From: a virus
Lineage: Duplodnaviria > Caudoviricetes
Direction: 5' to 3' (one strand)
DNA length: 64,000 nt
Virus record (IMG/VR): IMGVR_UViG_3300020050_009836
Span: 1-64,000 of that record
This document shows positions 1 through 9,640 of the stretch, one piece after another; the first letter of the stretch is position 1; each line of letters begins with the position of its first letter. Position numbers and translations under genes: made by a program. Below the pieces are notes generated by a model. That model had not been told where the DNA came from and did no database searches. It saw only the letters and a program-made list of their open reading frames with translations.

Positions 1-55
1 CCCTCCCACCCCCATAAACCCTAACCGTCCGATAACTCCAATCAAAAACGTGGGC

Positions 56-442
56 TTACCTTCCCTTTCTGTCTCTAACTCGTATTTTCATATAGTACAG
101 TTGACATTTTCCCTTTAACATCTCATGTAGATTGTTTTCTTCGATATCCCTAATGGTAACCCTATGTGTCTCGCATTTCTGCTTGTTACTTGGATAAAGC
201 CTAATTCTTATGCAACCCTTCTTAGTTGTTCGTGTTTCACCATCATTAAAAGGCTCTTCTTCGGCGGCTAAATACCCATAGTAAGCAACAGTGTTGAGTA
301 AGTCTTCTTGTTCATCTTCTGTCACCTTTGAGATGTCGTAGGTGATGGTGTATCCAGAGGTCATGTGAACATCATTGCCTTCCATATCAGCAATGGTCAG
401 TACCGGTTTAAGTGTCGTGTTCAATCCTAGCGTCCGTTCCAT
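56..442 (-). CDS. hypothetical protein (128 aa)
   Basis: ORF directly downstream of and slightly overlapping the nuclease-like gene; no recognisable motif. Confidence 0.55.
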   Translation of the reverse strand: MERTLGLNTTLKPVLTIADMEGNDVHMTSGYTITYDISKVTEDEQEDLLNTVAYYGYLAAEEEPFNDGETRTTKKGCIRIRLYPSNKQKCETHRVTIRDIEENNLHEMLKGKCQLYYMKIRVRDRKGR

Positions 443-903
443 AGATAGTCGATGGCTTCTTTAGGCAAGTCAAACTTCTTGAGCTGCTCTATAGGGAAGT
501 ATACGCATTGCTCACCTTTGGCATCATATTCATCCCTAGGCTGTGCTGAACGTGCACCATGCTGCGTCTTGAAGACTTGCTTAGGTTGCACCATAACCCT
601 TACCAGACAATCAGTAAAGAGAACAAATAGGAAACCTATCTTGCCGGTGTTGGCGAGTTCATTCAGTTTAGATACACCGACCATATAAGTAGGGAAAGTA
701 TCGTGTCGATTATTCCTTACCTTCAACTCTCCCCAAGCGACAACGGCATCTTCACTATCTTGGAAGTAGAAGTCCAAAGGGTGATACTGAGGCGTGGCAT
801 GTGCAGACCATTTCTTGCCTTGTTGACCTAACAAGTAAGTAACAGTTTCAGCAACACGCTCTTGCCGACCCCTATCTACATCAGTCTCAAATGTTTCTCT
901 CAT
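427..903 (-). CDS. PD-(D/E)XK-family nuclease, putative
   Basis: HPLDFY...WGELKVR matches D...ExK spacing; start moved to ATG 903 (MRETF) from the track's 1008. Confidence 0.55.
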   Translation of the reverse strand: MRETFETDVDRGRQERVAETVTYLLGQQGKKWSAHATPQYHPLDFYFQDSEDAVVAWGELKVRNNRHDTFPTYMVGVSKLNELANTGKIGFLFVLFTDCLVRVMVQPKQVFKTQHGARSAQPRDEYDAKGEQCVYFPIEQLKKFDLPKEAIDYLWNGR

Positions 904-972
904 GCCTATAAAGGTACCATCAGTAAATGGGTTTATCAAGGTTACAATATTAAATATATAGGATACGTAAAC

Positions 973-1000
973 TTGACAAAGTAGATATATATGATAGAGT
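973..1000 (+). promoter_or_regulatory. sigma70-like promoter
   Basis: TTGACA(973-978)-16 nt-TAGAGT(995-1000) with TGn extension, upstream of ORF 1011. Confidence 0.5.
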
Positions 1001-1010
1001 ACGGACAACT

Positions 1011-1457
1011 ATGAACATCGAACTACAAATACTACAAGACAACTTCGCTGACCTAAACTTTAGTCGTCCATCAATGGAGACTCTTGTTGACGCTGAAGAA
1101 CTCCTTACCGCCGAGTTCCTACACTACTCCGAACTCACCATTGAAGAACAGTTTGAGACCTACATGAAGGAAGTCATCAAACTAATCTCCTACTACACGG
1201 GTTTCCAACTCAAACCAATGCTAAGCGTTGATGACGTCCGTCAAGTAGAAGTAAACCTACACGCTCCACTCTACACATACATGGACCACTACATGTTCTT
1301 TGACCGACTCGTTATGTGGAGAAACCAACTGACTGAGTACAAGTGCGAACTCTCAAAAGACGAACCAATAGAACGCTCTATCCGATTTAGAGTGTCTATA
1401 GACGAGCGGAACCATGAAGCGTTGTTCTATGCCGAGTACCTACATGAACTTGACTAA
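1011..1457 (+). CDS. hypothetical protein (148 aa, acidic)
   Basis: ORF follows promoter; phage-like codon usage. Confidence 0.7.
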   Translation: MNIELQILQDNFADLNFSRPSMETLVDAEELLTAEFLHYSELTIEEQFETYMKEVIKLISYYTGFQLKPMLSVDDVRQVEVNLHAPLYTYMDHYMFFDRLVMWRNQLTEYKCELSKDEPIERSIRFRVSIDERNHEALFYAEYLHELD

Positions 1458-1601
1458 GCAAGCCTTACGGATGCTGAAACTCATCAGAGTACGCCCACAA
1501 GCCTCTACAAGCCCCAAACAGACGACCAAAACCCCTATTAGGCAGCAAAGTCCGCAAACTGGTTCTATACTGACTCTAATCGAAAAGTTCAAGGATAGTC
1601 A

Positions 1602-3206
1602 ATGAGATACCTTTCTGTTTTCAGTGGCATCGAAGCCGCGACCGTTGCTTGGAAAGACTTAGGCTGGGAACTCGCCGGTGTCTCTGAAATAGAACCGTTC
1701 CCATGCTCTGCCCTAAACCATCACTACCCAGACGTCAAGAACTACGGTGACATCAACAACTACAAGGAGTGGGATATTGAGAGAGATTCAATTAACCTTA
1801 TTGTCGGAGGAAGCCCTTGCCAAGCCTTCTCTACCGCTGGACTCAGAAAAGGACTTGAAGACCCAAGGGGAAACTTGGCTCTCGTTTATCTCGGACTCAT
1901 TGACCATCTCCGCCCAGAGTGGATTGTTTGGGAAAACGTGCCCGGTGTCTTGTCATCGAACAGAGGAAGGGATTTTGGTACCTTCCTTGGGGCGCTTTCA
2001 GAACTCCGGTATGGGTGGAGCTACCGAATTCTTAACGCTGAGTACTCCGGAACACCCCAAAGACGTCGTCGAGTCTACCTTGTCGGACATTCTTCTGGAG
2101 ATTGGCGACGTGCCGCAGAAGTATTATTTGAGCCAGAGAGCATGTCAGGGAATCCTAAGAAGAGCAGAACAAAGAGGAAGAGAATTACCGCTTCTGTTGA
2201 AGGAGGCACTATTGTCAGTGATTGCGAAGGACGAATCGGAAACCCAACCCTAACTTGCTCCAACCTAGCCAACATCAACAACCAATCCTACCTAGTAGGC
2301 GAGAAGGTCTTCCCGTTCCGTAAATCATCCAGAGCACAAACAAAAGATGGTCTGGAAACATGGGTCGAAGATGAAGTATCAAATACCGTCAACTGTTTCG
2401 ACGTTGGTGACGTACGCTCCACAAACCTATCTGTCCACCTCTACGAAAACCACCCAAACGATTCACGTGTCAAAGAACTATTCGACGTGTGCTCTACCGT
2501 GACTAGTCGATGGGGAACGGGTGGTGGGAATGTCCCACTTGTCGGGCATGAAGAGAAAACCGTCTACTCTATCCGAGAAGATGCAAAGGCAAACAACTTC
2601 AGCGTCAACGAACGAACAGTCATGAACGCACTACAAGCCATGCGACCAGCCGTATCTTCACACCATGCTCAGAACTTCATCGTTCATCGTCCAACAGACA
2701 ACGTAGCCAACACCATTGGATGCGGAAACCATCTAACACCAGAGGATGTGGTCATCGTTGAGCCGTTAGCATTTGAACCCGGTTCAGTTGCACGAAATGC
2801 GGGTCCAGCCGGTTTGTCTGAGCAATGCCCAACCCTACGTGCAAATATGGGAGACAACCAACCAGCAGTTGTATATACAATGCCTATACAAGACACCAGA
2901 GACGTTCAGAAGAGCCAGAATGGACTAGGAGTTGGTGATGATGGTTCACCAGCCTATACAGTCGATACACACGCTACTCAAGGTGTCGCACAAGTGAGCA
3001 AATACAACATGGTTGTTCGTAGATTGACACCAGTTGAATCACTCAGACTTCAAGGATTTCCAGACGACTACTTGGATGTGCTACACAACGGCAGAGTGCC
3101 GGGAGACAACGCCGTGTTCAAAGCAATCGGCAATAGTATGGCAACGCCCGTAATGTCTTGGATTGGCAAACGTATCAAGTCAGTCATGGAACGACATCCT
3201 AACTAA
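1602..3206 (+). CDS. dcm: DNA (cytosine-5) methyltransferase with expanded variable region
   Basis: Motif I FSGIEA, IV GGSPCQAFS, VI WENVPG, VIII QRRRRVY, IX RRLTPVESLRLQGFP, X GNSM. Confidence 0.95.
   Translation: MRYLSVFSGIEAATVAWKDLGWELAGVSEIEPFPCSALNHHYPDVKNYGDINNYKEWDIERDSINLIVGGSPCQAFSTAGLRKGLEDPRGNLALVYLGLIDHLRPEWIVWENVPGVLSSNRGRDFGTFLGALSELRYGWSYRILNAEYSGTPQRRRRVYLVGHSSGDWRRAAEVLFEPESMSGNPKKSRTKRKRITASVEGGTIVSDCEGRIGNPTLTCSNLANINNQSYLVGEKVFPFRKSSRAQTKDGLETWVEDEVSNTVNCFDVGDVRSTNLSVHLYENHPNDSRVKELFDVCSTVTSRWGTGGGNVPLVGHEEKTVYSIREDAKANNFSVNERTVMNALQAMRPAVSSHHAQNFIVHRPTDNVANTIGCGNHLTPEDVVIVEPLAFEPGSVARNAGPAGLSEQCPTLRANMGDNQPAVVYTMPIQDTRDVQKSQNGLGVGDDGSPAYTVDTHATQGVAQVSKYNMVVRRLTPVESLRLQGFPDDYLDVLHNGRVPGDNAVFKAIGNSMATPVMSWIGKRIKSVMERHPN
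1747..2253 (+). CDS. overprinted +1-frame ORF inside the MTase, M.EcoHK31I beta-subunit-like
   Basis: 168 open codons from GTG in the alternative frame; LSDILLEIGDVPQKYYLSQRACQGILRRAEQRGRELP resembles, from memory, the beta polypeptide of two-chain C5 MTases. Confidence 0.65.
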   Translation: MTSTTTRSGILREIQLTLLSEEALAKPSLPLDSEKDLKTQGETWLSFISDSLTISAQSGLFGKTCPVSCHRTEEGILVPSLGRFQNSGMGGATEFLTLSTPEHPKDVVESTLSDILLEIGDVPQKYYLSQRACQGILRRAEQRGRELPLLLKEALLSVIAKDESETQP

Positions 3207-6200
3207 ACGTTAGTCCACCATCAGTACTCGTGACAACTACTACGGTTCCGCCGGTGTTTCTGTAAAATAGATAAACCGTTGTATCTTTGACAAACGCAGC
3301 AAGTGAGTCATCGGCAACACTAGACCCAACAACATTATGACTTGCTTGTATGATGTTGCCTTGTGGGTCACGAACAACGCAGTCTATTCCTCCAGAGCCA
3401 CCACCATGGTGACCGTTGCGAGCAAAGATAAATTGCAAACCACTTGAACTCACACAAGCCGTCGGCTTATGTCCGGTCATAATTGTTACGGGCACTGAGA
3501 ATGTATTCCCTTCATCAGTAGAATAGACACTGTATGTTACTCCAGCATTAGCATACATGACATCTATTCGTTGTTCTTCATCAGTGATTGTCCACCTGAT
3601 TTCAAAAATATCGTCAGTCGCAATCCCAGTATCTTTGTCAAGCCACGTGCCATTGTTGTGGTCGTTGCAAATGTGTAGGTGTATAGTCCCGTTGATGACA
3701 TCAGCGTAAAACTTACGTAACGACGAGTGTACATCCGCTGACATACCAACGCTTAATGACGCAACCCTAAATACATTCCGATTACGCTTGCCTGAGTAAT
3801 AAGTAGTTGTTAGATTTAACGTGCCGATAGTTGCTATATTTACGGTGTTGTTTCGTGCATATGCAAGACCAGTTTCAAATTCACCGTATGTGCCAGTAGT
3901 CGCAGTCCCTCTCGGTAAAGTTGGTGAAGTTGTATTTAATGAAACTGGCTGACTAATATTTGGGGCAAGGGTTGTCATGTAAGCAATGCCGTGCACTGGA
4001 CCCCTAAACGAATTTCCACCAACCAATACTAGACCTTCAAATATTGGACCACCAGAGTCACTTGTTGGAGTACTGATGCCAAATGGGTCGTCAATATCTG
4101 GAATGAAATCTCCATTGATAGAGTCAAACAGAGTTTGTGCTACATGTGTGCCGGGTGCAACATCAAAGCCATACGTATAGGTTGTGCCAGTTCCGGGAGC
4201 TGAGGCTGCTGCTGCAAGCATGCCTCCGCCGAATACCCACGTAGCCAAACCAGTATCTCCATTGAGATAACAATCACGAAGTGGAGGCTGGGCGACAGTA
4301 CACGTAGTTCCACCGGGTTGTGCGACTGATTTGGTTGCCGTCCATCCGTCATGTCGTATTACATTGCCACCGTAAATGCCACCTAAGGCATCTACCTTAT
4401 TGATGTCGTCAACAAGATTGGCTATCGTGCGACCCAAGATAGTGGTTGTCGTTACACCGGTAGCACCACCCACAGTGACTTGCCAATGTACGTCCGCTTC
4501 TTCTTCTGTTCTATCGACTGTATCTTGTTGCCAATATCGACGTGAGTAGAACGTTGTCGTAGTGCCACTTTCGGATACTACGGCTTTAGTCATTCTTTCT
4601 ACGCTGTATTCTTTTGCTGGATAGATAAAGTTTTGCGTCGTGGCTGGATATCCAGTAGTCGATAGCGTCAGCGAGTTCAAGATTGGAACATGACCAGAAG
4701 GAGTTATGACAATCTTACTAACTTGGGTAACACCCCAATATGGACCATCTATACTCCATGAAGCAAGGTAAGTTGCATTTACCAATGGGTCTGGGTTCAT
4801 ACGTGGATAAGGAGTATCTTGAATGTCTTGTGTAGCCGTCGCTGAATTAGGAGCACAAAGGTCAATAACTCCTTGATGTGTTCCAGACCCAGTCCAAGAA
4901 ATGTTCCAGCTTTTATCCCTAAATCCCGGTTGAGTTGTGATTACAACAGTCGCTGTACCACTACCAGTAGCATTGATATTCCACACAAGATATCTGTATG
5001 CAGAGAAATTAAGATGAGTGGTGTATGTGTTACTTAGACCAGACACGGTAATCGAACGTGTAGCAGCATGAGACGTTGTCATCCCATTGAATCTCCATCC
5101 CCTAAAAAGGAATCTTGATTCAGTGGCTTTCTCACCGTTTGCTACAAGGTCGGTAGTATTTGTCTCAGCATAAATTGATGTCGGAACTTGATTTAGCGCT
5201 GTGGTTAAAGTGTTACTTGTACCAGCAAACAAGGTTGTTGTAGTTGAGAAGTGGTCAAAAGAATCACTTCCAGAAACCACTCCAGAAGATGATGTCAACG
5301 CACGGTAACTAGGGAATACCTCATAGTCAAACCCATATACATTCAGTCGCAGAACATCTGGATAAGCACTTTTCCAAGCACGATAATTTCCACGAAGGTT
5401 TACATATCTAGTGAGTCGTGTTGTTGTTGCAATTGTTCCAGTTGCTGAAAAGATGCTTCCGGCAATTGCCTGAAGTGTCATCGAAAACATGTTGGCTGTC
5501 TGAGATGAATGCGTATGGTTGTGCGTGTAAGTCTTTACATTCTTTCCATTGACAAGAACATTAGACACAGCAAGCGTAGTTGTAGTAGAAGTAGGTGAAC
5601 TAAGTGAGCTTGATGAAGCAATCGTGGCGTTGTATGCGGCAGTCGGACGACTTGACGAAACAGTTCCGGTTGCTGTGTGGGAACCACTTCCACCTCCACC
5701 GTATGTAGAGTTCACAGTAAGAGTTGTTACGGCAGTGCTTCCAACTGTTGACCTCTCATACCATCGATATGCAGTTGTCGGAGGCCACGTCACAGTCGTA
5801 ATCGGTGGCGGCTCACTTTGTGAGGTGACGTTTACATCCCATAAAACATCCGTACCAACACTACAACTTAGGCTTCCAGTAATAGTGCTTGCGTAATCAA
5901 TAAAGTGAGTGGTTACTGGAACAGCGGTGCCGGTATATAAGTCAACGTTGACAGAGGTATTTACGCCATGACCATTATTACAATTTATGGTTGCATAAAT
6001 TTTCCAGTTCCATGGTAAGTCGAAATTGTAGCCGCCGGGATATGGAGGGTCAGTTGAGTTTGGAACTGGTGCTGCAGTAACTGTAATGGTTGCAGAAAAC
6101 CCAAGATGCCCACTCATTGTAAGGGTATGAGTCTTTTGTGTGTACTCTGCCTCTGGTGGCTGTGGAAAATTCGGTTGCCATATTCTGTTGGCAACGCTGA

Positions 6201-6252
6201 ATGAATAATCCATCGTCAACGTACTTGTACGTGTCGTGTCTAAAAATGGCAT
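3199..6252 (-). CDS. large virion/tail-associated protein with C-terminal Asp-box (BNR) repeats
   Basis: 1017 aa, T/S/G-rich beta-strand composition; STDEGNTFS and STDGGLTFS match SxDxGxTW/F. Confidence 0.65.
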   Translation of the reverse strand: MPFLDTTRTSTLTMDYSFSVANRIWQPNFPQPPEAEYTQKTHTLTMSGHLGFSATITVTAAPVPNSTDPPYPGGYNFDLPWNWKIYATINCNNGHGVNTSVNVDLYTGTAVPVTTHFIDYASTITGSLSCSVGTDVLWDVNVTSQSEPPPITTVTWPPTTAYRWYERSTVGSTAVTTLTVNSTYGGGGSGSHTATGTVSSSRPTAAYNATIASSSSLSSPTSTTTTLAVSNVLVNGKNVKTYTHNHTHSSQTANMFSMTLQAIAGSIFSATGTIATTTRLTRYVNLRGNYRAWKSAYPDVLRLNVYGFDYEVFPSYRALTSSSGVVSGSDSFDHFSTTTTLFAGTSNTLTTALNQVPTSIYAETNTTDLVANGEKATESRFLFRGWRFNGMTTSHAATRSITVSGLSNTYTTHLNFSAYRYLVWNINATGSGTATVVITTQPGFRDKSWNISWTGSGTHQGVIDLCAPNSATATQDIQDTPYPRMNPDPLVNATYLASWSIDGPYWGVTQVSKIVITPSGHVPILNSLTLSTTGYPATTQNFIYPAKEYSVERMTKAVVSESGTTTTFYSRRYWQQDTVDRTEEEADVHWQVTVGGATGVTTTTILGRTIANLVDDINKVDALGGIYGGNVIRHDGWTATKSVAQPGGTTCTVAQPPLRDCYLNGDTGLATWVFGGGMLAAAASAPGTGTTYTYGFDVAPGTHVAQTLFDSINGDFIPDIDDPFGISTPTSDSGGPIFEGLVLVGGNSFRGPVHGIAYMTTLAPNISQPVSLNTTSPTLPRGTATTGTYGEFETGLAYARNNTVNIATIGTLNLTTTYYSGKRNRNVFRVASLSVGMSADVHSSLRKFYADVINGTIHLHICNDHNNGTWLDKDTGIATDDIFEIRWTITDEEQRIDVMYANAGVTYSVYSTDEGNTFSVPVTIMTGHKPTACVSSSGLQFIFARNGHHGGGSGGIDCVVRDPQGNIIQASHNVVGSSVADDSLAAFVKDTTVYLFYRNTGGTVVVVTSTDGGLTFS

Positions 6253-6449
6253 GTTATTTCATTATATTGACATACAGCCAATACGCGCCATACGTGACCA
6301 GAAAGACCGTAACAAATGCGACCGACATCGCAACTACACTTACGATTAATGGCAACACACCAAAACGTAATACTCGGCTGATTATTCCCTTTTCCATAGG
6401 GTGACTATACGGTAATAAATGCTGGTTGACAAATAATATGTTTGTAAGA

Positions 6450-6478
6450 TTGACAAAGATAATCTAAGTTGATATCAT
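6450..6478 (+). promoter_or_regulatory. sigma70-like promoter
   Basis: TTGACA(6450)-17-TATCAT(6473-6478) with TGn. Confidence 0.7.
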
Positions 6479-6495
6479 AAACACACCACAAAAGT

Positions 6496-6792
6496 ATGGG
6501 GGAAGAGTCAATGGTAGAAGTTGGAATCGTTATCAAATGGAGCACCGGCACACTTGCTGGCAAGCATTCATTTCCTTACATCGATGTTGTTAGTGCTGAA
6601 GAGATGTATATCGATGCTGAGTTAGGCGAGATTATTCCCGGTAAGCAAAACGTTGACTGGGAAGTTGTTGAAGTAGACGTACTGCGTCAAAATGCTTTTC
6701 GGAACTCCGGTGAATACACTCAAGAGTATCTTTCTGATAGGGCATACGCTCGTCAAGCATGGCAGATTGCACAAGAGGAGAAGTACAAGTGA
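6496..6792 (+). CDS. hypothetical protein (98 aa)
   Basis: First ORF after promoter; stop overlaps next start (GTGA). Confidence 0.7.
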   Translation: MGEESMVEVGIVIKWSTGTLAGKHSFPYIDVVSAEEMYIDAELGEIIPGKQNVDWEVVEVDVLRQNAFRNSGEYTQEYLSDRAYARQAWQIAQEEKYK

Positions 6793-7373
6793 GTACAACG
6801 AATGAAGTGCTTGGTTACGAGCAAGAACCATTTATCGTAGATGTTGAAACTGGGGAAGTTGTCAGCATTCGACCAAACTGGTTACCTGAAATTCTTACAA
6901 CAACAACTGACATCGAAATGTTCATGGATAAGGTGTCTATCGAAGAAGCAAAGGTCGAAGCACTCATTGCACGACGCAAACAGATTCTTGAAAACCTAGA
7001 CACGATGATTACACGTCACACAAATAAGCGTGACTACCTTATGTCTCGTTACGGGAGTCAACTTCGTGATGTTGCACTGCGGAATCTTCCACGTGACCGT
7101 AAGACATATGAGACCCCATTTGGCTCAGTCACCTTCCGTAAGACTCAAGCCAAGATTGTTGTCACTGATACGGAACGAGCCATTGATAATATTTCTGTGA
7201 TTTGTCCAGAAGCAGTCAAGACGGAACGGTCTATCCTTTTGTCTAAACTACCAGACGAAATCAAAGCGTCAATCCTAAACGATGAAGCAAAGCGAGAAGA
7301 ACTTGGCTTTCGAGTAGAGCCAGAAAAAGACTGCATCAAACTAAACATCATGCAGTGGAAAGTAGAACTATGA
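6789..7373 (+). CDS. gam: Mu Gam-like host-nuclease inhibitor
   Basis: Coiled-coil N-half followed by KTYETPFGSVTFRKTQAKIVVTD; GTG 6789 with GAGGAG RBS. Confidence 0.65.
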   Translation: MSTTNEVLGYEQEPFIVDVETGEVVSIRPNWLPEILTTTTDIEMFMDKVSIEEAKVEALIARRKQILENLDTMITRHTNKRDYLMSRYGSQLRDVALRNLPRDRKTYETPFGSVTFRKTQAKIVVTDTERAIDNISVICPEAVKTERSILLSKLPDEIKASILNDEAKREELGFRVEPEKDCIKLNIMQWKVEL

Positions 7374-7894
7374 GTACAGACGAATCACTACATAACTTGA
7401 AATTTCAAAAAGTAGTAAAGAAGCAACCAGTGAAACCAGAGCCAGTCAAGGCAGTATTGCCCGGTGCTCTACCAGTCGAGATTGAACTTAGTGCAGAAGC
7501 ATCGATGCCTACAAAGGCAACCGTTGGCTCTGCTGGTTTTGATATCAAGGCGGCTGAGACCAAGGTGATTCATGCTGGCGTTGCAAAGCTCGTCAAAACT
7601 GGAATCAAGTTGGTCATTCCATCTGGGTATGAAGCACAAGTCCGTTCACGTAGCGGCATGTCGCTCAAGCACAGTGTAATCGTCTTGAATGCACCCGGCA
7701 CGATTGACTCTGACTATCGTGGTGAAGTAGGCGTCATTCTGATGAACGTCGGCAAGCAAGACTACCAAGTTGAAGCCGGTGAGAAGATTGCTCAACTAGT
7801 CTTTTCCAAAGTAGAAGACATCGAGTTCAAAGAATCAGTCATCACATCTGATACAGACCGTGGTGAAGGTGGTTTCGGTAGTACTGGAGCATAG
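7370..7894 (+). CDS. dut: trimeric dUTPase
   Basis: AGFDI, RSG, GTIDSDYRGEV, RGEGGFGSTG motifs; ATGA coupling. Confidence 0.95.
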   Translation: MSTDESLHNLKFQKVVKKQPVKPEPVKAVLPGALPVEIELSAEASMPTKATVGSAGFDIKAAETKVIHAGVAKLVKTGIKLVIPSGYEAQVRSRSGMSLKHSVIVLNAPGTIDSDYRGEVGVILMNVGKQDYQVEAGEKIAQLVFSKVEDIEFKESVITSDTDRGEGGFGSTGA

Positions 7895-7897
7895 TTA

Positions 7898-9037
7898 ATG
7901 CCAAGCGTCTTGAATGTCGGTACGGATGACGTACTCATCAGTCAACTCAAACATCACCCACGAAATGCCAATGTAGGCAACGTTGATGCCATCAAGGAAT
8001 CACTTGCCACAAACGGGTTTTTTGGGCGTGTACTGGTCAACAAGAGAACCATGCATATACTTGCTGGTAATCACCGTGTAAAAGCGGCGAAAGAACTCGG
8101 TTGGAAGAAAGTACCCGTAGAGTTTGTTGATGTCGATGATGAAGCAGAACTTCGTATTTTGCTTGTGGACAACAAGACGGCACGAATGGGTGTTGATGAC
8201 GACGAGAAACTCTTGGAGATTCTGGAAGAACTCAACACCTATGAAGGTGGTTTATCTGGAACTGGATACAACGACGATGACATGTCTTTCCTACAAGAAA
8301 TCATCAACGGTGAAGATGAACCCCTAGAACGAAACTCACGTGTATCAGAAGATGAAGAAGAAGAGTACGATGCCCGTGAAACACCATGGCATTACATGCA
8401 TACAAAGTTTCCATCTGACAACGATTGGGGCATCCCAGTACTTGACCTGAACCAACAAGCACGGTCAGTCATGACACCAATCATCACTTGGGGTGCTATC
8501 AGCCGTAAGAAACAGTTCGGTGGAACATACAACATGTATACCGAAGACAGACGGTGGGAGAACCTTTGGAAAGACCCTACTCCTATCGTGAAGTCTGGCT
8601 GTACAGCACTAACTGAGTTGAATTATTCAACAAACAACGACTACGCTGATATCCAAGTTCTTTACGACATCTACCGTAAACGCTGGCTGTCACGTTATTG
8701 GCAGTCATATGGAATCCAAATTTACGTTGACTTGAACTTGGCTACTGACCACTTTGACAAAGCACTTATCGGTGTCCCGCAAGGTTGGGGTGCATATGCA
8801 AGCCGCTTCAACGTTATGTTTGACCGTGGCACTGAAGTCATGGAATATCAGTTAGCCGTTGCAAAAGAACGAGCCGGTTCTACACCACTGCTAGTCATGC
8901 TTATTGGTGGTGGCGGCAAGGCTAAGGATTACTGCCGCAAGAACGGCTACATCTGGGTACCAGAACAGATTGAAGTCAACACCGGCAAGACTAAGAACGC
9001 CATCATGATTGGGGAAGAGGAACGAGAGAATGTTTGA
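7898..9037 (+). CDS. ParB/sulfiredoxin N-domain fused to DUF4417-like domain
   Basis: HPRNAN...ILAGNHRVKAA...ILLVDNK (ParB-N), acidic linker, then DNDWGIP...YRKRWLSRYWQSYGIQIY (DUF4417-like). Confidence 0.75.
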   Translation: MPSVLNVGTDDVLISQLKHHPRNANVGNVDAIKESLATNGFFGRVLVNKRTMHILAGNHRVKAAKELGWKKVPVEFVDVDDEAELRILLVDNKTARMGVDDDEKLLEILEELNTYEGGLSGTGYNDDDMSFLQEIINGEDEPLERNSRVSEDEEEEYDARETPWHYMHTKFPSDNDWGIPVLDLNQQARSVMTPIITWGAISRKKQFGGTYNMYTEDRRWENLWKDPTPIVKSGCTALTELNYSTNNDYADIQVLYDIYRKRWLSRYWQSYGIQIYVDLNLATDHFDKALIGVPQGWGAYASRFNVMFDRGTEVMEYQLAVAKERAGSTPLLVMLIGGGGKAKDYCRKNGYIWVPEQIEVNTGKTKNAIMIGEEERENV

Positions 9038-9326
9038 CGAATCAAAGGTAATCCCTAAACACTACAACGATGTAAGCTCAAACATATCTGCACGTTCTGT
9101 CTACACGAACTGGGGATTGAATGGTGACCTATCAATGGTCGTCAAGTACATCAAGCGAGCCGGTAAGAAGCCGGGTGAAGATGCATCGAGTGACTTGTAT
9201 AAGTGCCTCTGGTATCTAACGGCAACACTGACAAATGATGAAGAGATTGCTGCGAAGGTTGTTAAGTACTGCGGTGAATTACAGTCTACTTCTCAAAAGC
9301 AGACTTCCGACGGACAGAGCGAATAG
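9030..9326 (+). CDS. DUF3310-like protein
   Basis: PKHY...VKYIKRAGKK...DLYKCLWYL signature. Confidence 0.75.
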   Translation: MFDESKVIPKHYNDVSSNISARSVYTNWGLNGDLSMVVKYIKRAGKKPGEDASSDLYKCLWYLTATLTNDEEIAAKVVKYCGELQSTSQKQTSDGQSE

Positions 9327-9624
9327 CACTATCGCAGTGCATCTCATAAGTAACAGCCCATGTACGTACAACGTGGGCTACTAACTCAGTCTGGTAATCA
9401 TTCACAAACATCGAGTAAATCATTTCCTCTTGGTTGTTTTGTTTAATGATTATTTTCACTTCTGCTCGGACTCCAAGTGGAATCCAAGTAACAAGAACAA
9501 CAAAATCTTTTACTTCTCGTTTGTTTACACATGCAGTACCACGAAAGGCACTAGCCATAATGCTGTCTTTCAAGCAAGGTGCTACGACCTCCTTGAACTC
9601 TTCTAATAGTCCTATGGTCAACAT
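9286..9624 (-). CDS. hypothetical protein
   Basis: ORF fills the gap at the end of the minus-strand block; start uncertain. Confidence 0.45.
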   Translation of the reverse strand: MLTIGLLEEFKEVVAPCLKDSIMASAFRGTACVNKREVKDFVVLVTWIPLGVRAEVKIIIKQNNQEEMIYSMFVNDYQTELVAHVVRTWAVTYEMHCDSAIRSVRRKSAFEK

Positions 9625-9640
9625 ATTGGCATTCTAACAT

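Noticed and set aside
1471-1605. Possible 44-aa ORF ATGA-coupled to the MTase
   Set aside because: No clear RBS or motif; cannot be supported beyond the overlap.
5549-6404. Plus-strand ORFs 5549-5896 and 6201-6404 (and similar short shadow ORFs across the window)
   Set aside because: Overlap well-supported genes on the opposite strand or straddle a divergent promoter region; no start signals or motifs.
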